The position numbers and the translations under genes were made by a program. This document shows positions 1 through 12,064 of a stretch of 64,000 nt of DNA, in pieces. The stretch is from Dicyema japonicum (taxonomy: Eukaryota > Animalia > Dicyemida), in the NCBI GenBank assembly GCA_011109175.1, contig RDEW01000049.1, positions 246,945-310,944 on the forward strand. The letters run 5' to 3'. Every line of letters begins with the position of its first letter. The first letter of the stretch is position 1. A model generated the notes under the pieces. The model had not been told where the DNA came from. It did not search any database and was given only the letters and a program-made list of their open reading frames with translations.

Positions 1-528
1 CAACAACCTGTAACTACAACTATTCGTATGCTGGCCCCACGAATCAATCTCCTACTTACAGAAGCTCAATTCGTAGATGTTGGTGACATTGTTGCAATGT
101 TGTGTTATTCTTTAAGTGATGACAGTAAAATTGTATCATTACTAAATTGCATTGGTATTTGAGGGTGCCGGAAATGGAGGTTTTTATAAAAAATAGAATG
201 AAACCAAATTAACCAAAAGTCATTTACACGCTTCAAAAATAATTGCTGGAAATTTCAGCTTATAAACGATTTTTGAAATTCTAAGAAAATGAATTTTTTG
301 CTTTACACATTATTTTGTGTTTTCGTCGGTGATTTAGTTTTTAACAATTTTAGAAAACAGACACTTAAACAGAAGATTCGATGTCTCCACTGTTCTTGAT
401 AGAAGATTTGTTAGTTTTAATATTTTACACATAGCAAAAAGAATTTGACCATGATAAACGCCGAATGAGGCAGTACATAAATAAGTTGTTTGAGTTGGCT
501 CAAAAAGTATATATTTAGCATAATTCAG

Positions 529-1153
529 TATTTTGGGGCACTCAAAATAGAATTAAAACTTGGAAAAATATACTTCACTGACGACATTACACCAAGTGAT
601 GCTCCAAATGCTGCTGCATACGCGATTAATAAACAATATATATCTGGGGTAGACGCAGTTATGTTCTTCGAGTATTTATTCAGACTTATTCTCAGAGATG
701 CTATCGTCAAAGCATCGGGTGGATATATGGTGGGAGTCGGATCTTTAGGAACTGTTTGCAGTCCATTCGCAGCTGCAATTATTTTTAGACTATACAGTCA
801 GGAACAGACTGCACAGACTATGACTCATGAATTATTCCACGTGCTTGGGTTTAAACATGTCGGAGAGACTGAAAGTAATTGCAATCGGAATTGCATAATG
901 AACCCTCATGACCATAAAAATGAGTATAATTTTTCTCAATTTCGAGACATGTCTCAAAAAAAACACTTGACACTATGCCGTCATTGGAAAACAGATGGGG
1001 GTGCCTTGCTCGGAGTAATGACTTGTTTTAATTATAGTCAACGTAAATAATAATGTTGCCGACGATGCTGGGACCAATTATGAGTCGAATGGGGCTAACA
1101 CTGGATTTACTCCTTTCTTCTTTTTCTGGTACAATTTGCTAATTATAATTTAG
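529..1153 (+). CDS. Reprolysin/ADAM-like (M12B) zinc metalloprotease, 3' exons; possible GPI-anchor or hydrophobic tail
   Basis: HELFHVLGFKH zinc motif and CIMNP Met-turn. Removing 23-nt GT-AG introns 924-946 and 1015-1037 gives ...HVSKKTLDTMPSLENRWGCLARINVNNNVADDAGTNYESNGANTGFTPFFFFWYNLLIII*. The 5' part is probably upstream (open frame at 1-153). Confidence 0.65.
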
Positions 1154-1780
1154 GCTCTTAATTAAATTACTTATCTAATTTTACTAATCTTTACTAATAT
1201 TTACTAATAATAATTTCTTCATAATTGTGGAGTATGCCTCCGTTTGAAGCATTAGTTTTAAAAAAGTGGTTCAAAAACAGCGGGTAAGAATTTTTATAAA
1301 TTTTTATTAAAATAAGCAAGATATATCAAAAATCTTAATATAAAATGTCACAGTCCATACATGCGAGATTCATAATTTTCAATAAAAATCACATTTTTGG
1401 ATTTCTTTGAATTAAATATTCATTAAATATTTAAAATTTATAAATTTTATACCCTTAGTTGTGATATATAAAATGTCACAGTCCATACATGCGAGATTCA
1501 TAATTTTCAATAAAAATCACATTTTTGGAATTATTTGTATCAAATATTTATTAAATATTTAAAATTTATAAATTTTATACTCTTAGTTGTGATTGTAGGA
1601 ATTACTAGAAAACCAAAATGACACCAAATTCTAATCAACTCGTATCGATTTTATATTTTATTATAAAATGACCTAAAAATGGTTAGCCATACTAAATTAG
1701 CTTTAAAATTTATTCATTTTTTTAATTTTAAAAATAAATATTTAAAATTAAAATCTGTCAAGCTAAAATATTTTAAATCA

Positions 1781-1865
1781 ACCCTAACCATGACTCTAAC
1801 CCTATCTTTAAAACCATACACTAAACCCAAACCCTAAAAGCAAACCCTAACTCTAGCCCTATCCC
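1781..1865 (+). repeat. Degenerate interstitial (CCCTAA)n-like array
   Basis: accctaaccatgactctaaccctatc...aaaccctaaaagcaaaccctaactctagccctatccc. Confidence 0.6.
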
Positions 1866-1931
1866 AGGTAATGTTAGTAATCATAAAAGTGATCCAATTT
1901 AAAAAACAAACATCTTAAAAAAATTCAAAGG

Positions 1932-2581
1932 TCACAATTTTTTAGCTCTACTAATGTGAACTGTGTTATATTCATTATTTTCTTCGTCTTGGTCAACAAC
2001 AGTTATCAGTTCTCCTTTCTTGCTGACAAATTTGTACTTTTTTGTAGAAACTTCGTCATATAATGGGTGGTGCCTATTGCCCTCATTGGCATCCCCATCA
2101 TGACGTAATAGAATATCGTCTCCTGAATTCAGTTTATCGTATTTCCATCTTCGGCGTTTTTTCATTTTTTCACCTGACTTTATTAGATTTTCAAGAGCAA
2201 TTATTCGTTTTTCTTCTTCTAAAATATGCAGAGATGAAAATTATATTGACTCTTCATCTTCGACGGAAAAATTTAGTAACGATTCTATTTTTTCCTGATC
2301 GTATTTTTTCCAGTTTGATCTATTATAATCCCATAAAAGGTCTTTTATGAAGTCAATATAACTTCCGAAATTTTCCTTGGATAAACTCGTGAAAGAGACT
2401 AATCTTTTAATTTATTGGTTAAATCTATTGAGATAAAAAAACAAAAACCGCTCTATTTGTCTTTGAATCTGTAAAGCTCGAGGACGTCCTGTAACATGCG
2501 AAATGGCAAATTTATCGCATAACTCTTGCATGTGCTGATTTTTGAATTCCTTGACATTATCTGTATGCAGGATAATTGGCG
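1932..2581 (-). mobile_element. Decayed rve-type integrase (Ginger/GIN-like or LTR-derived)
   Basis: Minus strand reads PIILHTDNVKEFKNQHMQELCDKFAISHVTGRPRALQIQRQIERF, then a C-terminal GDDILLRH...PLYD...HISRAKKL segment. Frameshifts and stops present. Confidence 0.65.
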
Positions 2582-2861
2582 NATGTAACTTCCGAAATTT
2601 TCCTTGGATAAACTCGTGAAAGAAATTAATCTTTTAATTTATTGGTTAAATCTATTGAGATAAAAAAAACAAAAACCGCTCTATTTGTCTTTGAATCCAT
2701 GGAGCTCGTGTACGTTCTGTAACATGCGAAATGGCAAATTTATCGCATAACTCTTGCATGTGCTGATTTTTGAATTCCTTGACATTATTTGTGTGCAGGA
2801 TAATTGGCGGTCCAATATAAAAAAATATTCTTTAGTATTCTGGATATATCAATTCCAGATT

Positions 2862-3050
2862 TGGTGAAGGCACACATCTACGATGCGAAAAGAACTTGAC
2901 GAGTGACGCCGTCATCAGTGGATACTCACTGCGGAACTGGATAGTCAAAAAGACATACAGACAATAAAAAAAAGAAAAGACGATCATTCCTTGGTTCTAC
3001 GATTAATTAAAATTAACTGTTCTTAACTTTAATAAAGTGTGTGTCCTGCA
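2862..3050 (+). mobile_element. SINE family A, 5'-truncated copy
   Basis: Close match to 58485-58675 (catctacgatgc...gacgagtgacgccgtcatcagtggatactcactgcg...ggttctacgatta...aataaagtgtg). Confidence 0.75.
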
Positions 3051-3194
3051 CGAGCGAAACCTTAGGCATTTTACGTGCTTATGGCAACGCGGTAGTGCTT
3101 AATTATTATTATTAATTTGTTATAAAAAAGTTTGGACCCAGGGAACTCACAGCACACAGATATACAACATATCCATAAATAGAAACACAATTTC

Positions 3195-4380
3195 AACAAT
3201 ATGAAAGTTGGCCCACATCCATCCAGTTCAGAAACCTGCAAATCCAAAAGAGTCCCCTTTTTATCGACCAATATCCCTATTATGTGCATTGGCAAAATTT
3301 TTGAAAAAATGGTTTTGGACCGCATCTTCCCATATTCACCTAAAGAATCCTTCCAGCACAGATTTAAGAAAGACCTATTTACACAACGCGCTTGCAAACC
3401 ATCACTAACTTTATTATGGAGGGAATTGGGTCAAAGCCCAGACTCCTCAAAACTTTATTGTGCTCGGTTGACATCCGTAGGACTTTTGACTCGGTTCCCA
3501 GAAAACTCTTAACGATGAAGATCTATTGCTCAGAAATCCCCAGCATTTTCAAAAGATGGCTCTGGAACTTTCTCACTGGTAGAAGAGAAAAAGTTGTAAC
3601 AAAATCCTGCCAATAGATTTCAAAATTTTTTCCAAACGGCGTGATACAGGGTTCCTCTTGTGACCGTCGTTTTTTAACTTATTCTTGCATGACATTCCAA
3701 TTGACTCTGACAAAAATTCTATAACCCTTGCGTATGCCAATGACATAATATATGCTTACAAGGATTTATGTGTTACGACAGTTACAAACAAATTGCAAAC
3801 TACTCTGGAAAGACTCGATAAATGGTTGAGGGTTCTTAAGGACATCAAAGTGACTTTCAATGTCAACGTCCACGGAAAAGTCCTTTACCTCTTATTTTTT
3901 CGTCGAATAGAAGGCTATCAAGCTATTCGGCTGAACTATTATTGAATAGTGAACTAATCCCAAATAAGAAACAAGCCAAGATTCTGGGAGTAACATTTAG
4001 CACTCTCATAGCCTTCAGCACACATGTAACAAACGTAATCAGTGTTTCGGCACGAACGCTTGGCTTGGTGAAGGTGCTCGTCTCATAATTTAAAGTATCC
4101 TCAAAGCGGTCATTATCAACGTTATACACTCAATTTATCGAGCCAACAACAAGTCATGGATGTGCAGTTTGGGGAACAAACTTGCCAAAACAAACATGGA
4201 TAAGATCAACTCCGTCCACAGGACTATCAATAAGGGCAACCCCATTTGAGGTCCTTGTGAGGAATTTCAGCGGCATATTCACCCAAAATAGAAAACCTCC
4301 AGAAGAACTGTGTCATCAAAAATGTGTCGGTTCCTGAGAGCGACACAAGGAAAAGATAAGAATATTGCTCAGAGAAGCCA
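3195..4380 (+). mobile_element. Decayed non-LTR retrotransposon reverse transcriptase (Jockey/I/CR1-like)
   Basis: Motifs across frames: IHPVQKP...FYRPISLL, SVDIRRTFDSV, GVIQGS, LAYANDII (YADD-like), then thumb-like sequence. Confidence 0.75.
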
Positions 4381-4435
4381 GGATCACCTGATGGCGTTTT
4401 CCTTTTAATTAGTTTACCTGGTGATTTTTGGCTTA

Positions 4436-4849
4436 TTAATAATACAGGTCTTCTTCCACATACAGTAGGTTGGCGCGTTTTTTATGTTTTATAATTGTTA
4501 GTGCAGAAAATCCACTTTCATAGAGATAAGTCTTTGAAAACTGAACCAAAATTCTTAAAGCTTTGATTGACAGATAAAGTACATCTAAGTGTTGTTGTAG
4601 CCATAGCACTATTCGCAAGTTTTTCACCGCAAACAACACAAAGTGGTAGAGTACAATCAATGTCCCCAGTCCATGTGAAACCAAAGGCAACATAACTTTC
4701 TCGATGCAATCTAACTTTAATATTTGCACTGTCACAAGACTCGATTAGACACGCGCAAATTGATTTAATTTGTTTTGAAAAATTATTCTTTTGAAAAAAG
4801 TATTAAAAAAATTATTTGATCTTCGCGGAACCCAGGTAGGGAAACACTG
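4436..4849 (-). mobile_element. Internally deleted hAT (Buster/Charlie) transposon
   Basis: N-terminal ESYVAFGFTWTG...PLCVVCGEKLANSAM abuts C-terminal YLYESGFSALTIIKHKKR. Terminal CAGTGTTTCCC at 4849 is flanked by tagtaagt (NNNTANNN, Buster-type target). Confidence 0.75.
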
Positions 4850-5834
4850 TAGTAAGTGATTGAGTCTGTGGATGGCTTTTGATTTCCGGTACTTGTAGCA
4901 ATTTTTTAGCGAATTAATAAAAATTTCTGAGTAAGATGTGTCAAATTAATCCAGGGTGATTGAATGGACAGGGTTTTTCATGTGCCAATAGCCATCGAGA
5001 TACGCTCTGAAGCTATTCAGTCTCACATAGATCATTGGTGATCCTTTTGACCATTGAGCCGATTTGTTTGTGGTCTAAAAATTCCTTTTTAAATATTTAT
5101 TTTTTATTTTATTTATTAACCCTAGGCTTACAATCTTTAGTAAGTCAATCACAAACTGTCATAACTAGGGAAATTTTTTGCCATAAAATGCCACTTTTTT
5201 TCAGGGGAAAGTCATTTTTATTAATGAGTAAATGCATAACAATCTTTCATAAAATTTAGAGTTGGGAGCTTGAAGAGATGACATTTGCTTGTCGTGAAGA
5301 CGTTTTACTGATTGCTAACAAAGATGTAATGACTGACACTGATTTGGAGATGAGGAATAAGAATGAGTTGGCTACAGACTTTGTTTCTAAGAAATGGAGT
5401 GTGATTAGTATCACTCCATCCAGTTAAGAATTTTTTGTCGATGAGTTCTGGAATAAAAATCAGCTTTCTGTACAATATCATTTTAATCACTGTTATTGAA
5501 TAAGGGTTCATGATCAAGGAATTACTTAGTTTGGTCTATGAAATAATTTAATTAATTAAAAATAAAATAATAAACACGTGTAAGATTAGTTTTCCTTTTA
5601 TTTACAGTTCGAATCAATCACAATTTACATTGAGAACTAACAGTCCTGATCTCTCTCTAGAAGCATTACGTCCAACCATGAATCACATATTTACCGGGCC
5701 CGTTTATCTCTTGGAATTCTATCAAGATCGACGCTACCAAAGAAAGGGCTTCAATAGTTAATGAGCGATGGACTAATGGACAAGTCTTCTCTCCAAGACC
5801 TTTGGATTTCCTAATCCGTATGATCCGAGGTGAG

Positions 5835-5950
5835 GGCCCGTGCAACTAAAAGCAATCGTATTAATGATCTACTCAGTCGGATCGGCTCAATGATCCAATG
5901 CGTCACCAAGGAGGATTCACTTAAGACTTGATGGCTTCGAAAGCGTATCT
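5835..5950. repeat. Dispersed repeat family C, copy 1
   Basis: gtcggatcggctcaatgatccaatgcgtcaccaagg...gatggcttcgaaagcgt aligns with 11262-11355. Confidence 0.5.
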
Positions 5951-8304
5951 CAACAGATACCGTCAGAGCAAAATAGAATGAACATTCCATCCTAACTTTC
6001 ATCTAAAATTAAAAAAATTAATTTTTAATTGCTGATGTTGAATCTGATTCTATTAAATTATCGGAGCCACGTTGAATAAAAATTTGCAATGCCTTAAATT
6101 AATTAGCATGACTGTTCTTAAATAAAGTGAGTTCTGCCTATGCTGAGGTTTAGAAATGGAATCATTTTGCATTTGTACTGTAGTTCACATTGGAGGCTGA
6201 AATGCTGACTTGATCGACATAATGAGACCAAATTCAAACTTGATAGGAAATATATTTTAATATCTTATTGATAGATCTACTATGAAGGGAAGACGTGGTT
6301 TTCAAAACCTCATTATTAACCTGACCCAGATGCCACGATCATTGAGTCATTCATGTATCATGGTGAGAGGTCTTTACATAAAACTTGTTTTGATTAGATC
6401 GAACCCCAACTCTATATTGGTCGGAGTTTCAAACTTGTTTCCTCACCTGTTCTGATACATGTGGACAACCCAACCCTTATGCGGGATATCGGGAGTGACT
6501 ACATACACCAAATGATAAACCTGAAGATAGATATTGAGAAGAGTCGATGCTTCTCGTTCCCCAGATGTCACTAACAATACTGAGGGTTAGATTCCCCACA
6601 GGTAGACGGTTTAATCTTCCATCGTTCTAATAGAGTTCCGTCGGTAATCTACCTGTCTCAGGCGAGGATGTGGTAAAAAACATTATTGGTTCTCCTCCAA
6701 TATCTTCCACTATATGGAGGGGGTTCGCACAGCTGCACTTTTTTTCTCTGGTCGTGTAATATTGGGAGGTCTCCCTACTTCTGTGATCGTGTGTNGCTTC
6801 TCGTTCCCCAGATGTCACTAACAATACTGAGGGTTAGATTCCCCACAGGTAGACGGTTTAATCTTCCATCGTTCTAATAGAGTTCCGTCGGTAATCTACC
6901 TGTCTCAGGCGAGGATGTGGTAAAAAACATTATTGGTTCTCCTCCGATATCTTCCACTATATGGAGAGGGTTCGCACAGCTGCACTTTTTTTCTCTGGTT
7001 AACTCGTGTAATATTGGGAGGTCTCCCTACTTCTGTGATCGTGTGTAGATTTAACTACGTGTTAACTACAAACTTTTTGAAACTAGCAAAAAGGGAATAT
7101 GTAGGAATTAAACCAGTAGAATGAATAATAGTGAATACGGAACAAGCGAACTCATAAATATTAAGATTGTCATGGGAAGTGATAAATTCCATAATCTGCC
7201 GTACCAATAACTAGGCGTCTGTGGCTAATAAATTAAAAGTATTCGAAAAGTAGACCCCCGTTGAATTTGAAAAAATGCCGTCTAAAATTCGACGAAATTT
7301 AAACAGAACATTTTTAAGCCAAATTCGTCATAAGGAAACCTAATTTCGACTGGACTGTTTATACAATGAATTTGATATTAGTGCTAGAACTATTGAGTCT
7401 TATACACAAAGGTAGTGTAAATAAACCATAACATAGTCACGTGTATTTCCTATTTTTTTAAAGGACACGAGTACATTTATGAGGAAAATCACAGCGACGG
7501 AAGCTATCTTGCTGAAATATGTCATGAAGAAAACGCTTACCCTTTGATAATCAACAGTTTGGAAGAGAACTACTTTATTGGAAGTCCCGCATGTTCTAAC
7601 CAAAGATATCACAAATGAAAACGTCTATTTGGGAATAAAGCGCGACGGCGACCATTACGTCTCATTGGTGACTGACGAGATAGCAGTCTACCAGTTATTT
7701 AAATTAGACTTACTTCAACTGGAAGGACGACACAATGTTGCACCACGTTCGTCAATACGTAGAATACGAACACTGCACTCAAAAATGGATCCCCGTCGAC
7801 GGCAATTCAATCAAAAAAGTAATCTGCGAAAAAAGTTAAAAATCCAAATATCTAGATTCTAACTCTCATGAAGAAGCTCCATATAGAATACTAACAAAAA
7901 ATAGATTTAGAGAAAAAACTCAGGTCAATTATACCTATTCTAGCGGAAAGAGCGTGCATAACTACCTATATGGGGGACACGAGTACTTGTTGGTTGAGGA
8001 GTACTCTCATGGTTTCAATGTTATTCAAAATTGCAAAAAACTGAATGCTTATCCAGCAGAAATTCTATCAGAGGCAGAAAATGACTTCCTTTTTAGTATG
8101 GTTTGTCTAATTTCGAGGTATGATTCGTAATGACGTCATAATTGGTATCGAGACATGTTTACCAGTTGGACGCTGCTTCAAATGGATGACTTCTAATAAA
8201 AAACTTGTAGTCTTTCACTTCAATTTATAGGACTATGATAATTTTAAAGAGAATTTCAAGCCCTACATGTATTTTGAAAATAATTTTGTTGGGGTTTCAA
8301 CCTG

Positions 8305-8573
8305 CAATGGGGAATGGTTCGAGGTCAATAGTAAGGACAGTTTGTTTTACGTCTGTGAGAGAGGTTTGGTTTCTTTTTCAATCAGATCACCCTGCTGAAA
8401 AACCTGAGACCACAGTTGGGTTCCCTTTGAATCATAATGCTGGAGCAACTGAACTCGCTAAGAAGCGAGTAATAATAGTGATGATATTTCTCTTCATTTT
8501 CATCGGAATAATGGCTGGGACCTCCTTTGTCATAAACAAAATCTCCCAAAAACAACTGAGATTGGAAGTATAA
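8305..8573 (+). CDS. Hypothetical small membrane protein
   Basis: Open frame with one hydrophobic segment VIIVMIFLFIFIGIMAGTSFVI after a basic KKR. No recognised homology; start uncertain. Confidence 0.25.
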
Positions 8574-9819
8574 CCTAATTATTAACTTATCTAGTATGAC
8601 CCACTTCTTCCTCTTTCCAATTTATTGTTATGTATCCTATAAGTACTCCATTCGTATCTTAATGTTGGGGTTAAACTACAAGATTAACTTATCTCCACAC
8701 CCCTCCATCGATGTCCTCATACCATCATGTGGATGTTAACGCTTCGTGGAATGTAAGTCCTCGAGAATGGTGTGAATCTAGGCAGAAAGCTGGAACATTC
8801 ATTCTCCTAGTGTCTTAGTGTGGTCTGACACACATACTTCATGTTTCAAAAATTGAGGTCAATTCAGGAAAATTTAAGTCTGTGCTCCATCTGTTTCATC
8901 TTATTTGGATATTTAATTCTAAGTTATGCTAAAATCGACCAAGATGTACGCTTCCCCTCTGCCTGAATAACCATTACGCACGATTTGGCGGTCAACTCAA
9001 AACTGAAGACGATCTTGAGGATATTTGTAAACGCGTGAGGAACAGAGCTAGATGGAGATGGCTGACTGGGAAAATAGTTGAGTGTACTGCACGAGCAAAC
9101 CCTAGGCATTTTACGTGCTTATGGCAACGCGGGAGTGCTATTAACTAACTTATGCTAAAACGTCACAGGGTGTATAATTGGGCATATGGAGCTCATTAAA
9201 AAAAGTTGGAGATAGAAGAGTCTAGATTTATGTACAGGAAAAAAAGTGTCGACTTAGGGGGACAGCTACACATACAGAAAAAGAGCAATCATTTTGAATT
9301 CAATCGTTGACTCTTCTACCATCGATTTTAATGCGGGTGGTACAAAATAGTGTGCACATTGCCACTTGGTGCAGTATGTGGAGGTATGTGACCGTGAGAT
9401 GGCTATTTTTCATATAATTGAAAAGAGCGATCAACATAAGACTGAGTTGTGGCATTGATTGGATCCACAGTGATCCCACGCTGACAGGTGCCATCCTCAA
9501 GCTTGGGAACTGGAAAACCCCGGGAGTTGATAATTTCTTTACTAAAAATGTCATGCCTTCATAAAGCTTTTAGTAATATTCTGGGGGATTAAGTCTCTAA
9601 TCCATATATTATTACCCAATAACTATACACTGGGATTACGTGGCTGATTCCTAAATTAGGAATAGTGGATTAACCCCCAATGAGATAGGCCGATTACATG
9701 CATGCCAACACTAGAGCCCAAAAATGTGAAAAAGTCCATTCACTCGGTGATCCCAATACCTAAAAGAGTGCATGGCAAAGCTTTAATGGATGTCTGTTTT
9801 ATAAGCTTTGTAAATAGTG

Positions 9820-10620
9820 TTAGGGATAAGTGGAGAATCTGGTTACACTCTAATAAAAAACCTTTGGGAGACTCAAACCCGAGAGGAGTATTTTGCAGGG
9901 AATAGTATGTCTCCGTTACTCTTTGATCTGCGTCTCAAACAGTTAAGTAGATTGCTTGACCGGAACTTGATTTTGAAGCAGCAACATCTGAAGATGGAAA
10001 TCTTGGCTTTTGAGGAGTCAGACAAGTTCACTTGGTGGAATTGTCACATATTTCCCCCCTATGACCTTAGCCAAAGAGAGAGTTTTAATGTGAATAAATG
10101 GTCCTTTAATACACAAAGTGATACTTTAATTTAAAACGACATGAAAGACATTAACAGTCGTCACTTTGATATCCTTAAGAACCCTCATGTGAATGCGTCC
10201 TCAGTATGGGTCCACCGTGGAAACATAAGCCCTTGGTGGAGGATCTTATGACTTCCCTACAGGACAGAAAATTTTTCTGAGGACATACAGAGCAGTGTCC
10301 GCAAAGTTAACAAAAGATAAAACTGTGATAAGTTATCGGGGGACATAAAGTGGACTCACCAATAACGTTTGCGAACAGAGGAGGTGGAGAAGAAGCGGAA
10401 ATTTTCACAATCAAATTGAGTCCATGTTATTCCTTGTGATGACATGGGATCGTATCGTGACTAAATTCCACAGGGAGTACTCGAGACAGTTGGTAGTGGA
10501 TAAAAATATCCAAGCATATATACAAGCTACTGTACTCAAGAGAACCCTTGATCACAAGTGGGTTGATTCTCTTCACTTTTTAAGTCTAATTCTGTCACGT
10601 GTGATGTAACATCTACCAAT
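9820..10620 (+). mobile_element. Decayed R4/Dong-like non-LTR element (RT plus restriction-like endonuclease)
   Basis: RGV(L)QGNSMSPLLFDL RT motif, NASSVWVHRGNISP, and TWDRIVTK...LVVDK endonuclease-region motif. Confidence 0.55.
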
Positions 10621-11261
10621 AAGGGGAATTCGATAGCCGGGAGAGCGAGTTCCAATGGTTAGTGTTTCCAAATCTATCCAAAGCGAAGGGGTAATTTGCA
10701 TAAGATCCAGCCAGTATATATTAAGTATTTCTTCCACGGTGCCCTTAGCCTTTTGCCAATGGTTTTTAAGAGGTCCATGCCCGTGAAACTGGGGGTCGTC
10801 CGTAGTAAAAGTAGACGAGGCGTGAGATGAAAATTCCTGAGAAAAATAGCGGTGTGGGAATCATAGCTGTTAGGTTACAGAAGAATAGCTGAGCAGATAC
10901 ATATTTCTCATGCAGAAATTTGATATTTTTCGGTGATATAACGGAGAGTCTCGGAAAATCGCGTTTTCGGTTTCGGTTACTGAGATATTTGGGAGGTATG
11001 TTGAAATAATAGCCAATGTCTTGATAAAATCATCCTCTGTACAGGCAATGTCAATAATTTCGCTGTTTAAGTGCTGCAAGAGTGGAGATGGGGGACCTCT
11101 CCCACCACAGTTTCCCATTACGATACTAACTCTTACCGGGAACATGTCTTCTCTTTTTGATAAAAATGCTAGTTTTTAAACAAGCCGAGGATCAGAAGAA
11201 AAGGAGGTGCCGAAGCAAGATCGTTTGTTTGTTTCATTTGCTGTTGAGATATCAGTAATCT

Positions 11262-11355
11262 TTGGCCCACATGCGGACGCTATAGTCCGTCGAATCGGCT
11301 TTATGATCCAATGGTAACCAAGGATCTACGTGAGACTGGAAGGCTTCGAGGGCGT
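11262..11355. repeat. Dispersed repeat family C, copy 2
   Basis: Homologous to 5835-5950. Confidence 0.5.
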
Positions 11356-11704
11356 GGTAATATTAATAAAGAATATTAGAAAATATGGCTGATTTATACA
11401 TAGTCATTCATTTTTTATTATTTTGGTATAAATACCACGTGGTCACTGACATTAATCTGATACCAGAAATATCATTTTATTTAATTTTAGGGAATAACTT
11501 TTTCGACCTAGTTATTCCAAGTTAGTTATTCCAGCCTCACTACTAGTTATCGTCGAATTCTTTCATAGATTCCTCAAAAAAGGGCGAAGGACCAAACCGA
11601 GATTCTTTTCAGCAAGAATAATAAGTTAACCGGAAAGGGAAATTCAGGGGCCAAGTTGGTCTGCGCTTAAATTAAATGAAAAAGTTCAGGTGATCCAGGC
11701 CTCT

Positions 11705-11895
11705 CTCAGCGAAATAGTTTTCATAATATTATCTTCACCAGAGGATTTGGTTTAAAAGGTAGGAAAATCCCTTTCAACTACTGTGTCGTCCCAGAAGGAC
11801 TCGTTGACAAGAAATGACATTTTCTGATAACTCTATCTTTCGGATTTGCACCCACAACCTTCAGATCCGATGTCATCAGACGTAACGTTCATCCA
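11705..11895 (-). mobile_element. SINE family B copy
   Basis: Homologous to 27545-27750; degenerate B-box GGTGCAAATCC on the minus strand. Confidence 0.6.
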
Positions 11896-12064
11896 GAAAA
11901 CTGACACGTGTCTTAAACTAAGCTAACACTTATCATGGTCGAAATCCTTATAAAATTATTTATTAATTTTATATTTTAATAATTATATAAAAATAAAATT
12001 TCATCATCTTAATAAAGCTAGTTTATTTCACGTGTTATTGTAAATATCGTCAACAATCAGTCTA

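Noticed and set aside
2355-2810. Tandem duplications flanking a single N (also near 6795, 17013, 17318, 19542, 20262, 29588, 43548, 46107)
   Set aside because: Pattern of unmerged contig overlaps with a few allelic differences. The one at 46107 makes a false 39-aa duplication in CK1.
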